Shown here: in pieces, positions 26,101-39,087 of the stretch
How the letters are laid out: each line of letters opens with the position of its first letter
How positions within the stretch are numbered: the first letter of the stretch is position 1
Assembly (NCBI GenBank): GCA_002269645.1
Contig: NIVC01001008.1
Location: 318,491-382,490 of the forward strand
Direction: 5' to 3'
Source: Macrostomum lignano
Taxonomy: Eukaryota
Length of the DNA: 64,000 nt
The notes under the pieces: generated by a model
Told to the model about the DNA's origin: nothing
The model's database searches: none
What the model saw: the letters and a program-made list of their open reading frames with translations, nothing else
Translations under genes and position numbers: made by a program

Positions 26101-29100
26101 GGCTGTTTATCTCGGGGAGCTCAGAGTTTGCTTATTGAAAAGTTTTTTTTCAAACTGAGGTATTGTTAGTTTTGTTGATTAGTTTGTAAGCTTGTTAATC
26201 CGCGTACTTAGATTTTTTAGTAGCAAAAGTTTAAGATATCTAATCGGGGATGTCTCTCTGATAAATTAGAGATCAGAAAGATCAGAGAGAGAAGAAAGAT
26301 TATAGAGAGATCACAGAGATCACAGAGATCACAGAGATCACAGAGATCACAGAGATCACAGAGATCACAGAGATCACAGAGATCAAAGAGAGCTCAGAGA
26401 TCACAGAGATCACAGAGATCACAGAGATCACAGAGATCACAGAGATCACAGAGATCACAGAGATCAAAGAGAGCTCAGAGATCACAGAGATCACAGAGAT
26501 CACAGAGATCACAGAGATCACAGAGATCAGAGAGATCACAGAGATCACAGAGATCACAGAGATCACAGAGATCACAGAGATCACAGAGATCACAGAGATC
26601 ACAGAGATCACAGAGATCACAGAGATCACAGAGATCACAGAGATCACAGAGATCAAAGAGAGCTCAAAGATCACAGAGATCACAGAGATCAAAGAGAGCT
26701 CAGAGATCACAAAGATCAGAGAGATCACAAAGATCACAGAGATCACAGAGATCACAGAGATCAAAGAGAGCTCAAAGATCACAGAGATCACAGAGATCAA
26801 AGAGAGCTCAGAGATCAAAGAGAGCTCAGAGATCACAAAGATCAGAGAGATCACAAAGATCACAGAGATCACAGAGATCACAGAGATCAAAGAGAGCTCA
26901 AAGATCACAGAGATCACAGAGATCAAAGAGAGCTCAGAGATCACAAAGATCAGAGAGATCAGACAAGTTTTTATTTTTACAATAAAAGTCTATTAATCAA
27001 AGCAGATTTAGCATTAACAATGCATTAGCAAACACGCTAGCTGCCAAGAGTTACAACTCGTTAGAATTCGTCACTAGTGATAATATTAGGGAATCATGTG
27101 TCAATCAAATGCCGGGTTCGGTTCTTATCCTCAGCGATTACCGCACTAAACAGTGGCAGAGATGAGAGCGCCAGCACAGCTGAGAACAGCATCATGAGCG
27201 GCCACCATCGGTCCAACAGGGAGCGGAGTCGTTGATGGCAACCGACGCACCTGCCAGACAGCCAGGTGTTGAGAACGTCGGCCAATACCAGAGTGTGCAG
27301 ACACTCTGAGGAAAAGCTGAGCAAGGCCAGGATGAAGCTCCAGAGGCTGGTTGCCCAGCGGAAGCCGGGATTGGCTGAGGCGGCGGTGGCCGACATGATG
27401 AATACGCTGTAGCGAAATCCCAGGCCTGTAATTATTAGTGCCCCTGACTATGAACTTTAGCAATCCACTGTCTTGTATAGATTAGCAATCCACTGTCTTG
27501 TATAGATTAGCAATCCACTGTCTTGTATAGATTAGCAATCCACTGTCTTGTATAGATTAGCAATCCACTGTCTTGTATAGATTAGCAATCCACTGTCTTG
27601 TATAGATTAGCAATCCACTGTCTTGTATAGATTAGCAATCCACTGTCTTGTATAGATTAGCAATCCACTGTCTTGTATAGATTAGCAATCCACTGTCTTG
27701 TATAGATTAGCAATCCACTGTCTTGTATAGATTAGCAATCCACTGTCTTGTATAGATTAGCAATCCACTGTCTTGTATAGATTAGCAATCCACTGTCTTG
27801 TATAGCTTAGCAATCCACTGTCTTGTATAGCTTAGCAATCCACTGTCTTGTATAGCTTAGCAATCCACTGTCTTGTATAGATTAGCAATCCACTGTCTTG
27901 TATAGCTTAGCAATCCACTGTCTTGTATAGATTAGCAATCCACTGTCTTGTATAGCTTAGCAATCCACTGTCTTGTATAGATTAGCAATCCACTGTCTTG
28001 TATAGATTAGCAATCCACTGTCTTGTATAGATTAGCAATCCACTGTCTTGTATAGATTAGCAATCCACTGTCTTCTCGGTGCATAGATTAACAATCCTCT
28101 TTATCCTCAATACATAGATTAGCAATTCACTATTGAATATGAGTACATAACTAGCACTCTAGTGCCCCCCCCTTCGGGACGGCCAATAAGCAAGGAGCAA
28201 AATTATTTATACAAATCCATTAGAAAAGCACATTTTCTTAAGAACCAATTATTGCAAAATTTCAATACTTCTTCAGTGATACATCACCTTCCTTACTCGT
28301 ATTCGAGTAAAAATGTCACGGACAAAGATGTTTTCTATGAATCTTTTTTTTTCCACAAGTAACAAAAGGACAACAAAATAAAGCCTTAGCAAGCATCCCC
28401 CAGTCAGCAAGAACCCCCACCCCCAGACAGCAAGCGCCCCCCAGACAGCAAGCGCCCCCAGACAGCAAGCATCCCCCCAGACAGCAAGCATCCCCCCAGA
28501 CAGCAAGCGCCCCCCAGACAGCAAGCATCCCCCCAGACAGCAAGCGCCCCCCAGACAGCAAGCGCCCCCAGACAGCAAGCGCCCCCAGACAGCAAGCATC
28601 CCCCCAGACAGCAAGCATCCCCCCAGACAGCAAGCGCCCCCCAGACAGCAAGCATCCCCCCAGACAGCAAGCGCCCCCCAGACAGCAAGCGCCCCCAGAC
28701 AGCAAGCGCCCCCCCAACCAGCAAGCGCCCCCAGACAGCAAGCATCCCCCCAGACAGCAAGCATCCCCCCAGACAGCAAGCGCCCCCCAGACAGCAAGCG
28801 CCCCCCAGACAGCAAGCATCCCTGGATAGAAAGAATCCCTGGATAGAAAGAATCCCTAGTTAGTACGGTTTTTGGGGCTAGTAGAAGTTTAATCTATATT
28901 TTGAGCTTCACCAATTACCAAATAGGCTACTATTATAAGTAGCAATTGTGAAACCGAAGCCTGAGAACACTCACTGTCGTCAAACAGGCTGGAAATTTCC
29001 AGCGAGCTGTCGGTGGACATGATGATGCCGGCGAACGAAAACAGGATGAAGCCGCAAAAGAAGCTGACGAGGAAGTCAATAATTGCCACGGACACTGCGG

Positions 29101-32100
29101 TTCTGCGAGGAGGGTTGGGATCAGGTAAATTAGCTCGCCCAGAGCGCTTTATAATCGGGATAGGGGGATTTTCTGCAGATAGAATCGGGATAGGGAAATT
29201 TTTAAGAGAGAATCGGGATAGGGGGATTTTCTGTAGACAGAATCGGGATTTGGGGAATTTTTTAAGAGAGAATCGGGATAGGGGAATTTTCTGCAGATAG
29301 AATCGGGATAGGGGAATTTTCTGCAGATAGAATCGGGATAGGGGACTTTTCTGCAGAGAGAATCGAGATAGGGGAATTTTCTGAAGATAGAATCGGGATT
29401 AGGGGATTTTCTGTAGACAGAATCGGGATTTGGGGAATTTTTTAAGAGAGAATCGGGATAGGGGAATTTTCTGCAGAGAGAGTCGAGATAGGGGAATTTT
29501 CTGCAGATAGAATCGGGATAGGGGACTTTTCTGCAGAGAGAGTCCAGATATGGGAATTTTCTGAAGATAGAATCGGAATAGGGGTATTTCTGCATAGAAA
29601 GTCGGGATAGGGGAATTTTCTGCAGATAGAATTGGGATAGGGGAATTTCTGCATAAAAAGTCGGGATAGGGGAATTTTCTGTAGAGAGAATCGAGATAGG
29701 GGAATTTTCTGAAGATACAATCGGGATAGGTGAATTTTCTGCAGATAGAATTGGGATAGGGGAATTTTCTGTAGACAGAATTGGGATTAGGGGAATTTTT
29801 TAGGAGAGAATCGGGATAGGGGAATTTTGCTGCAGTGAGAATCACGAATTTTTTGCAGAGAGAATCGGGATAGGGGAATTTTATTAAGAGAGAATCGGGA
29901 TTGGGGAATTTTCTGCAGAGAGTCGGGTTAGGGGAATTTTCTGTAGACAGAATCGGGATAGGGGAATTTACTGCAGACAGAATCGGGATAGGGGAATTTT
30001 CTGCAGAGAGAATCGAAATAGGGTAATTTTCTGTAGACAGAATTGGGATTAGGGGAATTTTTTAAGAGAGAATCGGGATAGGGGAATTTTCTACAGAAAG
30101 AATCAGGATAGGGGAATTTTCTGCAGACAGAATTGGCATTAGGGGAATTTTTTGAGAGAATCGGGATAGGGGAATTTTCTGCAGATAGAATCGGGATAGG
30201 GGAATTTTTTGAGAGAATCGGGATAGGGGAATTTTCTGCAGATAGAATCGGGATAGGGGAATTTTCTGAAGACAGAATTGGGATTAGGGGAATTTTTTGA
30301 GAGAATCGGGATAGGGGAATTTTCTGCAGATTGAATCGGGATAGGGGAATTTTTTGAGAGAATCGGGATAGGGGAATTTTCTGAAGATAGAATCGGGATT
30401 AGGGGATTTTCTGTAGACAGAATCGGGATTTGGGGAATTTTTTAAGAGAGAATCGGGATAGGGGAATTTTCTGCAGAGAGAGTCGAGATAGGGGAATTTT
30501 CTGCAGATAGAATCGGGATAGGGGACTTTTCTGCAGAGAGAGTCCAGATATGGGAATTTTCTGAAGATAGAATCGGAATAGGGGTATTTCTGCATAGAAA
30601 GTCGGGATAGGGGAATTTTCTGCAGATAGAATTGGGATAGGGGAATTTCTGCATAGAAAGTCGGGATAGGGGAATTTTCTGTAGAGAGAATCGAGATAGG
30701 GGAATTTTCTGAAGATACAATCGGGATAGGTGAATTTTCTGCAGATAGAATTGGGATAGGGGAATTTTCTGTAGACAGAATTGGGATTAGGGGAATTTTT
30801 TAGGAGAGAATCGGGATAGGGGAATTTTGCTGCAGTGAGAATCACGAATTTTTTGCAGAGAGAATCGGGATAGGGGAATTTTATTAAGAGAGAATCGGGA
30901 TTGGGGAATTTTCTGCAGAGAGTCGGGTTAGGGGAATTTTCTGTAGACAGAATCGGGATAGGGGAATTTACTGCAGACAGAATCGGGATAGGGGAATTTT
31001 CTGCAGAGAGAATCGAAATAGGGTAATTTTCTGTAGACAGAATTGGGATTAGGGGAATTTTTTAAGAGAGAATCGGGATAGGGGAATTTTCTACAGAAAG
31101 AATCAGGATAGGGGAATTTTCTGCAGACAGAATTGGCATTAGGGGAATTTTTTGAGAGAATCGGGATAGGGGAATTTTCTGCAGATAGAATCGGGATAGG
31201 GGAATTTTTTGAGAGAATCGGGATAGGGGAATTTTCTGCAGATAGAATCGGGATAGGGGAATTTTCTGAAGACAGAATTGGGATTAGGGGAATTTTTTGA
31301 GAGAATCGGGATAGGGGAATTTTCTGCAGATTGAATCGGGATAGGGGAATTTTTTGAGAGAATCGGGATAGGGGAATTTTCTGAAGATAGAATCGGGATT
31401 AGGGGATTTTCTGTAGACAGAATCGGGATTTGGGGAATTTTTTAAGAGAGAATCGGGATAGGGGAATTTTCTGCAGAGAGAGTCGAGATAGGGGAATTTT
31501 CTGCAGATAGAATCGGGATAGGGGACTTTTCTGCAGAGAGAGTCCAGATATGGGAATTTTCTGAAGATAGAATCGGAATAGGGTATTTCTGCATAGAAAG
31601 TCGGGATAGGGGAATTTTCTGCAGATAGAATTGGGATAGGGGAATTTCTGCATAAAAAGTCGGGATAGGGGAATTTTCTGTAGAGAGAATCGAGATAGGG
31701 GAATTTTCTGAAAATACAATCGGGATAGGTGAATTTTCTGCAGATAGAATTGGGATAGGGGAATTTTCTGTAGACAGAATTGGGATTAGGGGAATTTTTT
31801 AGGAGAGAATCGGGATAGGGGAATTTTGCTGCAGTGAGAATCACGAATTTTTTGCAGAGAGAATCGGGATAGGGGAATTTTATTAAGAGAGAATCGGGAT
31901 TGGGGAATTTTCTGCAGAGAGTCGGGTTAGGGGAATTTTCTGTAGACAGAATCGGGATAGGGGAATTTACTGCAGACAGAATCGGGATAGGGGAATTTTC
32001 TGCAGAGAGAATCGAAATAGGGTAATTTTCTGTAGACAGAATTGGGATTAGGGGAATTTTTTAAGAGAGAATCGGGATAGGGGAATTTTCTACAGAAAGA

Positions 32101-35100
32101 ATCAGGATAGGGGAATTTTCTGCAGACAGAATTGGCATTAGGGGAATTTTTTGAGAGAATCGGGATAGGGGAATTTTCTGCAGATAGAATCGGGATAGGG
32201 GAATTTTTTGAGAGAATCGGGATAGGGGAATTTTCTGCAGATTGAATCGGGATAGGGGAATTTTTTGAGAGAATCAAGATAGGGGAATTTTCTGCAGATA
32301 GAATCGGGATAGGGGAATTTTCTGAAGACAGAATCGGTATAGGGGAATTTTCTGCAGATAGAATCGGGATAGGGGAATTTTTTGAGAGAATCGGGATAAG
32401 GGAATTTTCTGCAGATAGAATCGGGATAGGGGAATTTTTTGAGAGAATCGGGATAGGGGAATTTTCTGCAGATAGAATCGAGATAGGGCAATTTTCTGAA
32501 GATAGAATCGGGATTAGGGGATTTTCTGTAGACAGAATCGGGATTTGGGGAATTTTTTAAGAGAGAATCGGGATAGGGGAAGTTTCTGCAGAGAGAGTCG
32601 AGATAGGGGAATTTTCTGCAGATAGAATCGGGATAGGGGACTTTTCTGCAGAGAGAGTCCAGATAGGGGAATCTTCTGAAGATAGAATCGGAATAGGGGT
32701 ATTTTCTGCAGATAGAATCGGGATAGGGAAATTTCTGCATAGAAAGTCGAGATAGGGGAATTTTCTGCAGATAGAATCGGGATAGGGAAATTTCTGCATA
32801 GAAAGTCGGGATAGGGGAATTTTCTGCAGATAGAATTGGGATAGGTGAATTTCTGCATAGAAAGTCGGGATAGGGGAATTTTCTGTAGAGAGAATCGAGA
32901 TAGGGGAATTTTCTGAAGATACAATCGGGATAGGGGAATTTTCTGCAGATAGAATTGGGATAGGGGAATTTTCTGTAGACAGAATTGGGATTAGGGGAAT
33001 TTTTTAGGAGAGAATCGGGATAGGGGAATTTTGCTGCAGTGAGAATCACGAATTTTTTGCAGAGAGAATCGGGATAGGGGAATTTTATTAAGAGAGAATC
33101 GGGATTGGGGAATTTTCTGCAGAGAGTCGGGTTAGGGGAATTTTCTGTAGACAGAATCGGGATAGGGGAATTTACTGCAGACAGAATCGGGATAGGGGAA
33201 TTTTCTGCAGAGAGAATCGAAATAGGGTAATTTTCTGTAGACAAAATTGGGATTAGGGGAATTTTTTAAGAGAGAATCGGGATAGGGGAATTTTCTACAG
33301 AAAGAATCAGGATAGGGGAATTTTCTGCAGACAGAATTGGGATTAGGGGAATTTTTTGAGAGAATCGGGATAGGGGAATTTTCTGCAGATAGAATCGGGA
33401 TAGGGGAATTTTCTGAAGACAGAATCAGGATAGGGGAATTAGAGAGAACTACGCTATGAGAAATGTTTCTAGCAAGGAATTTGTTAGGGAGATTTTCTAT
33501 ATATGCGAGCTAGATTACGATTGGGGAATTCTCCGAATCAAAAAACCCTAGTCATGAATTCTCACTTCTTGCAGCCGGTGTGAAACCGGTTGTAACTGGA
33601 CAAATTGATCAGGCATCCGAACCCGATGCCCAGGTTGTAGAACACCTGCACGAGAGCTTCGTACCAAGCCTGCGGCTCTGTGAGGATGTCCCAGTTGGGC
33701 CGGATAAACATGCGAATGCCGGTCAGTGAGCGCGAGTCCCGCACAGCCAGGATGAACAAGATGACGATGAGCAGCAGGCCCAGGACTAGGCACACGCTGA
33801 GTATCTGCGCGACGATGGGGCGGAACGGGGGCGGTAGGGGGCGCTTAGGATTCTGTAAGGGAGAGAGAGAGTATTTGATACTGATTGGAGTGGCGCAGAG
33901 GAAGATAGATAGAGATGGATAGAGATGGGCAGAGCTTGATATAGATGGGCAGAGACGGATATAGATGAATAGAGGTGGATAGAGATGGACGGAGCTGGAT
34001 AGAGATGGGCAGAAATGGATAGAGATGGATAGAGATGGATAGAGATGGGCAGAGACGGATAGAGATGGACAGAGATTGATAGAGATGGATAGAGATGGAT
34101 AGAGATGGATAGAGATGGATAGAGATGGATAGAGATGGGCAGAGACGGATAGAGATGAATAGAGATGGATAGAGATGGATAGAGATGGATAGAGATGAAT
34201 AGAGATGAACAGAGATGGACAGAGATGGATAGAGATGGACAGAGATGGATAGAGATGGGCAGAGACGGATATAGATGAATAGAGATGGATAGAGATGGAT
34301 AGAGATGGATAGAGATGGGCAGAGACGGATAGAGATGAATAGAGATGGATAGAGATGGATAGAGATAGATAGAGATGGATAGAGATGGGCAGAGATGGAT
34401 AGAGATGAATAGAGATGGATAGAGATGGACAGAGATGGATAGAGATGGACAGAGATGGATAGAGATGGATAGAGATAGATAAAGATGGGTAGAGATGAAT
34501 AGAGATGGATAGAGATGGATAGAGATGAATAGAGATGGATAGAGATGGATAGAGATGGATAGAGATGGATAGAGATGGATAGAGATAGATAGAGATGGAT
34601 AGAGATGGGCAGAGACGTATAGAGATGAATAGAGATGGATAGAGATGGACAGAGATGGATAGAGATGGACAGAGATGGATAGAGATGGACAGAGATGGAT
34701 AGAGATGGATAGAGATAGATAAAGATGGGTAGAGATGAATAGAGATGGATAGAGATGGATAGAGATGAACAGAGATGGATAGAGATAGATAAAGATGGGT
34801 AGAGATGAATAGAGATGGATAGAGATGGATAGAGATGAACAGAGATGGATAGAGATAGATAAAGATGGGTAAAGATAAAGATGGAATAAAGACGGGATAA
34901 AGATAAAGATGGAAAGAGATAGATAGAGATGAATAGAGATGGGCAGAGATGAATAGAGATGGGTAGAGATGATTAGAGATGGGTAGAGATGAATAGAGAT
35001 GGGTAGAGATGAATAGAGATGGGTAGAGATGATTAGAGATGGGTAGAGATGATTAGAGATGGGTAGAGATGATTAGAGATGGGTAGAGATGATTAGAGAT

Positions 35101-35709
35101 GGGTAGAGATGAATAGAGATGATTGGTAAAGATCGATAGAAATCGGAAAGATACGGATTCAGGCGAATTAATATCGGAGGAAAATGGCGAGCAATGGTGA
35201 TGTGGGAAAGGGAGGTAGAAAGGGAGAATTGAAGAGCAGTTCAATTTTGAGTCGCTCAGCAACTCATTAATGTTTTTAATTAGCTGTTGGTGCGCTTGTA
35301 AGTAGTGCTTTTATTATAAAAAATCGGTGACTTGAACGCTAAAAATTGGTTAGAGAACAAGTTGTTGTTCATAAGAAGATCTGGTTCCATGAAGTTTACA
35401 ATAAATATTGCTGTTATCAAGAGTTAGCTCTGGTATAGCAAGTGGCGCAGGTTAGTTTTTAATCGTAACGGTTTAGCCAAAACCATTAGCCAAAAATATT
35501 ATACAATTTTTCATCCAAGCATTGGTTTACCATCATTGTGGCTAAGTTTATTGGCCGTTCAAATGTCTGAAAACAATGTTTTGGACTTATTAATTGAAGG
35601 TTCAGAAGTGATACACAGGTAAGGATTCATTGACTGATCGGCTGATTGGTTTACTGTTTGATTGATATATTGATTGATGGTGGATGGCTTGATTGATTGA
35701 CTGATTGAC

Positions 35710-35773
<64 letters not shown>

Positions 35774-35782
35774 AGATAGATA

Positions 35783-35818
<36 letters not shown>

Positions 35819-35908
35819 TATTGATTTATTGACTGATCGGCTGATTGGCTGATTGGTTTACTGTTTGATTGATATATTGATTGATGGTGGATGGCTTGAT
35901 TGATTGAC

Positions 35909-35977
<69 letters not shown>

Positions 35978-37250
35978 TCTTGATTTCTTGATTGATTGAC
36001 TGATTTATTGATTGACTGATTGACTGATTGACTGATTGATTGACTGATTAACTGATTGATTGATTGATGGATTTCTTGACTGATTAACTGATTGATTGAT
36101 TGATGGATTTCTTGATTGATTGACTGATTGATTGATTGACTGATTGATTGATGGCTGATTGATTGATTGATTGAATGATTGTTTGATAGTTTCATAGGCC
36201 ATAGAAGATATAGCTACCTTTCCAGAATTTCGAATGCCCCTGCACAGAGACACCGCAATGAGCAGCCACATGAGCAGGCAGCAGCCCCACAGCTGCCAGT
36301 TGATGCTGTTAAATTCGCCCGAGTTGTCCGGGGAGAGGCCGAGCACACCGAATCTGACAGGTGACAAGATTGACGGCTTTGTGCTCATGCTATCGGTCTG
36401 TGGATAGTAGATTACATTGTCACACCTGCTCCATCAGCATCAGGGGATATTTATCAACCAGTGTCACACCTGAGCAGTTCTGCTCCATCAGCATCAGGGG
36501 ATATTTATCAACCAGTGTCACACCTGAGCAGTTCTGCTCCATCAGCATCAGGGGATATTTATCAACCAGTGTCGCACCTGAGCAGTTCTGCTCCATCAGC
36601 ATCAGGGGATATTTATCAACCAGTGTCACACCTGAGCAGTTCTGCTCCATCAGCATCAGGGGATATTTATCAACCAGTGTCGCACCTGAGCAGTTCTGCT
36701 CCATCAGCATCATGGCAATCAGGATCAATAATCAGCAGCAATAAAACTAATTGACGTCACACCTGAAATATTCCCTACTGGCCACGATAAAATTAACAGC
36801 CGTGAAGTTGGTGACGCTCAATACAGCGGAAGTGCCATTCAAATCGGTGCCATTTTCTGACCAGCTTTCATTGTAGACGCTGAAGCTGCAGTCTAAAATA
36901 GAAGGAGAAATTAGTAGGGAATAAATCAACGTGTCTCTGGCAACGGGAGGCCGAACATTTGCTATCTGTCCTTGTTAGGTTGGTGAACACTTTCCGGGAT
37001 TTAGATCCCAGCTGCTCAATCCGCCAGATTGCTTTCGTCAGGCGATTCGTGACCGGCCAACACCCTGAGACGTCTCTCAGATTCGAGTTCAGAATTTTGA
37101 AACAGCTGCTGCCATGCAATCTCGAGTGGCATTTCAGCTGACCGTTTCATCTCACGTGCCAGCTGCTTCCCAGTTCCGCCTGCCTCCCCTGCCTTCTTTG
37201 AGCTCTCCGCTCGTTCCTAGATCTCTCGGATCTCTCTGATCTCCCTGATC

Positions 37251-37347
<97 letters not shown>

Positions 37348-38963
37348 CTCTCTGATCTCTCTGATCTCTCTGATCTCTCTGATCTCTCTGATCTCCCTGA
37401 TCTCCCTGATCTCCCTGATCTCCCTGATCTCTCTGATCTCTCTGATCTATCTGATCTCCCTGATCTCCCTGATCTCCTGATCTCTCTGATCTCTCTGATC
37501 TATCTGATCTCCCTGATCTCCCTGATCTCCCTGATCTCCCTGATCTCTCTGATCTATCTGATCTATCTGATCTCCCTGATCTCCCTGATCTCCCTGATCT
37601 CTCTGATCTCTCTGATCTATCTGATCTCCCTGATCTCCCTGATCTCCCTGATCTCCCTGATCTCTCTGATCTATCTGATCTATCTGATCTCCCTGATCTC
37701 CCTGATCTCCCTGATCTCTCTGATCTCCCTGATCTCCCTGATCTCTCTGATCTCTCTGATCTCTCTGATCTCTCTGATCTCTCTGATCTCTCTGATCTCT
37801 CTGATCTCTCTGATCTCTCTGATCTCTCTGATCTCTCTGATCTCTCTGATCTCTCTGATCTCTCGTCTGCTCCGTGTCTTGTCTCGTCCTGTAGTCTCTC
37901 CCGCACTCACTGGCGCTGTTGAAGCTGTGTTCGCAGTTGGCCCAGGGCAGGTTGGGCGCCAAAGAGGCAAAGAAATAGTACAGGCACAGCGCACCCATGG
38001 CGCTGTAGTACACGGCCAGGTAGAGCAGAATAATGAAGGACGCAATGCCGATGCCCCGGCTAATGGGCACAATTTTCCACACTCTGTAGAAGCCTTCGCG
38101 AAAGTATTGGCCTAGTATGAGCTCCAAAAAGTAGATCGGTATGCCGCAGATGATCATCATGATGAGGTAGGGGGCGAAGAATGCACCTGGAATGAGTGGG
38201 AATTTGAGCGAGTACTATAGATCCCACCGACATGGAGGTGACTTTGATCCCACCAAGATCCCACCAAAAGTTAGTGTAGTGTATGTAGGCTTGCTTATCC
38301 GGAAGTGAAGTACGCTGATACACGTATCATTGACCCTCCTATCGAAAGTAGCTTAGATCCCACCTACCGGAAGTGACTTAGATCCCACCTACCGGAAGTG
38401 GCTTAGCTCCTACGTACCGGAAGTGGCTTAGATCCTACCTACCGGAAGTGGCTTAGCTCCTACCTACCGGAAGTGGCTTAGCTCCTACCTACCGGAAGTG
38501 GCTTAGCTCCTACCTACCGGAAGTGGCTTAGCTCCTACCTACCGGAAGTGGTTTAGCTCCTACCTACCGGAAGTGGCTTAGCTCCTACCTACCGGAAGTG
38601 GCTTAGCTCCTACCTACCGGAAGTGGCTTAGCTCCTACCTACCGGAAGTGGCTTAGCTCCTACGTACCGGAAGTGGCTTAGATCCTACCTACTGGAAATG
38701 GCCTAGATCCCCTCCACCTACAGGAAATGGCATAAATATCAAATGTCACCTGTAAGCAAATCAAACTCATGCTACTCTACAAACACACCCATATTCCTCA
38801 GGAAATCGCTCTCACCTCCGCCGTACTTGAAGCAGAGAACGGGGAATCGCCACACGTTGCCCATGCCGATTGTAAAGGCCATGCAGGAGACGAAGAAATC
38901 GTACTTTCCCCTCCAGGCGTGCCAGTAGTGATCGGCGTCTTCGTCGCTCTCGTGGGATCGCGT
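23167..38963 (-). CDS. SLC6: SLC6 (neurotransmitter:sodium symporter family) transporter B, amino-acid-type, ~820 aa; start exon not identified
   Basis: Exons 38963-38816, 38186-37911, 36892-36763, 36353-36218, 33804-33566, 29102-28975, [27425-27142 or 26047-25752], 25210-25010, 24784-24620, 24500-23924, 23345-23167; all GT-AG and phase compatible. Motifs: [51 protein letters not shown]. Confidence 0.88.
23405..23895. repeat. ~35-bp minisatellite (GGGCTCTGATTGACCCGCCACTGGCTCTCCTATCA) in the last intron of SLC6-B
   Basis: Direct tandem repeat. Confidence 0.9.
25355..25645. repeat. 20-bp minisatellite (GGGGTCACAGCTGGGGTATT)
   Basis: Direct tandem repeat. Confidence 0.9.
25752..26047 (-). CDS. 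SLC6: SLC6-B alternative TM8-TM9 exon, version b (296 nt)
   Basis: ttgcag|AG ACT...ACC TCT|gtgcgg, phase 1 to phase 0. AFAAY at the AFIAY position and LQLPLSTS at the GLPxxT position. Confidence 0.7.
26265..26962. repeat. 9-bp minisatellite (AGAGATCAC)n with variants
   Basis: Direct tandem repeat between the two alternative exons. Confidence 0.95.
27142..27425 (-). CDS. SLC6: SLC6-B alternative TM8-TM9 exon, version a (284 nt)
   Basis: ttacag|GC CTG...AGT GCG|gtaatc, phase 1 to phase 0. LLSFSSE at the LGxDSQ position; ends SSLPLFSA. Confidence 0.75.
27457..28075. repeat. 25-bp minisatellite (TTAGCAATCCACTGTCTTGTATAGA), ~25 copies
   Basis: Direct tandem repeat. Confidence 0.95.
28390..28820. 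repeat. ~19-20-bp minisatellite (CAGACAGCAAGCGCCCCCC)
   Basis: Direct tandem repeat. Confidence 0.9.
29150..33440. repeat. ~30-32-bp satellite (GAATCGGGATAGGGGAATTTTCTGCAGATA) organised in ~1-kb higher-order repeats
   Basis: Unique marker GCTGCAGTGAGAATCACG recurs at ~29829, 30829, 31828 and 33033; identical ORF translations are offset by 1000 bp. Confidence 0.95.
33905..35120. repeat. 10-bp minisatellite (AGAGATGGAT)n with variants
   Basis: Direct tandem repeat. Confidence 0.95.
35625..36180. repeat. (TGAT)n microsatellite region with an internal ~190-bp duplication
   Basis: TGAT runs; block GACTGATCGGCTGATTGG...GATGGTGGATGGCTTG occurs twice. Confidence 0.9.
36415..36715. repeat. 54-bp minisatellite, ~5 copies
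   Basis: Unit TCACACCTGAGCAGTTCTGCTCCATCAGCATCAGGGGATATTTATCAACCAGTG. Confidence 0.9.
37218..37862. repeat. (TC)n plus 10-bp (TCTCTGATCT)n array
   Basis: Direct tandem repeat; gives the spurious RDQ/ERS ORF tails. Confidence 0.95.
38355..38720. repeat. 25-bp minisatellite (ACCGGAAGTGGCTTAGCTCCTACCT), ~13 copies, in SLC6-B intron 1
   Basis: Direct tandem repeat; each unit contains ACCGGAAGTG. Confidence 0.95.
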
Positions 38964-39087
38964 CTGACAAGGGAGCGGTTTGGTTGGGTGACACTTTTGG
39001 GATGATGAGGCACAATTATTGGAGATGAGTCACATTCGAATGTGGTGATGAATTACGCTTACATGTATAAAGTACAAGTCATAATCA

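Noticed and set aside
36900-37215. Coding-like 65-codon stretch in SLC6-B intron 2 (…[17 protein letters not shown]…)
   Set aside because: Closed by stops, no usable splice pair and no recognisable homology
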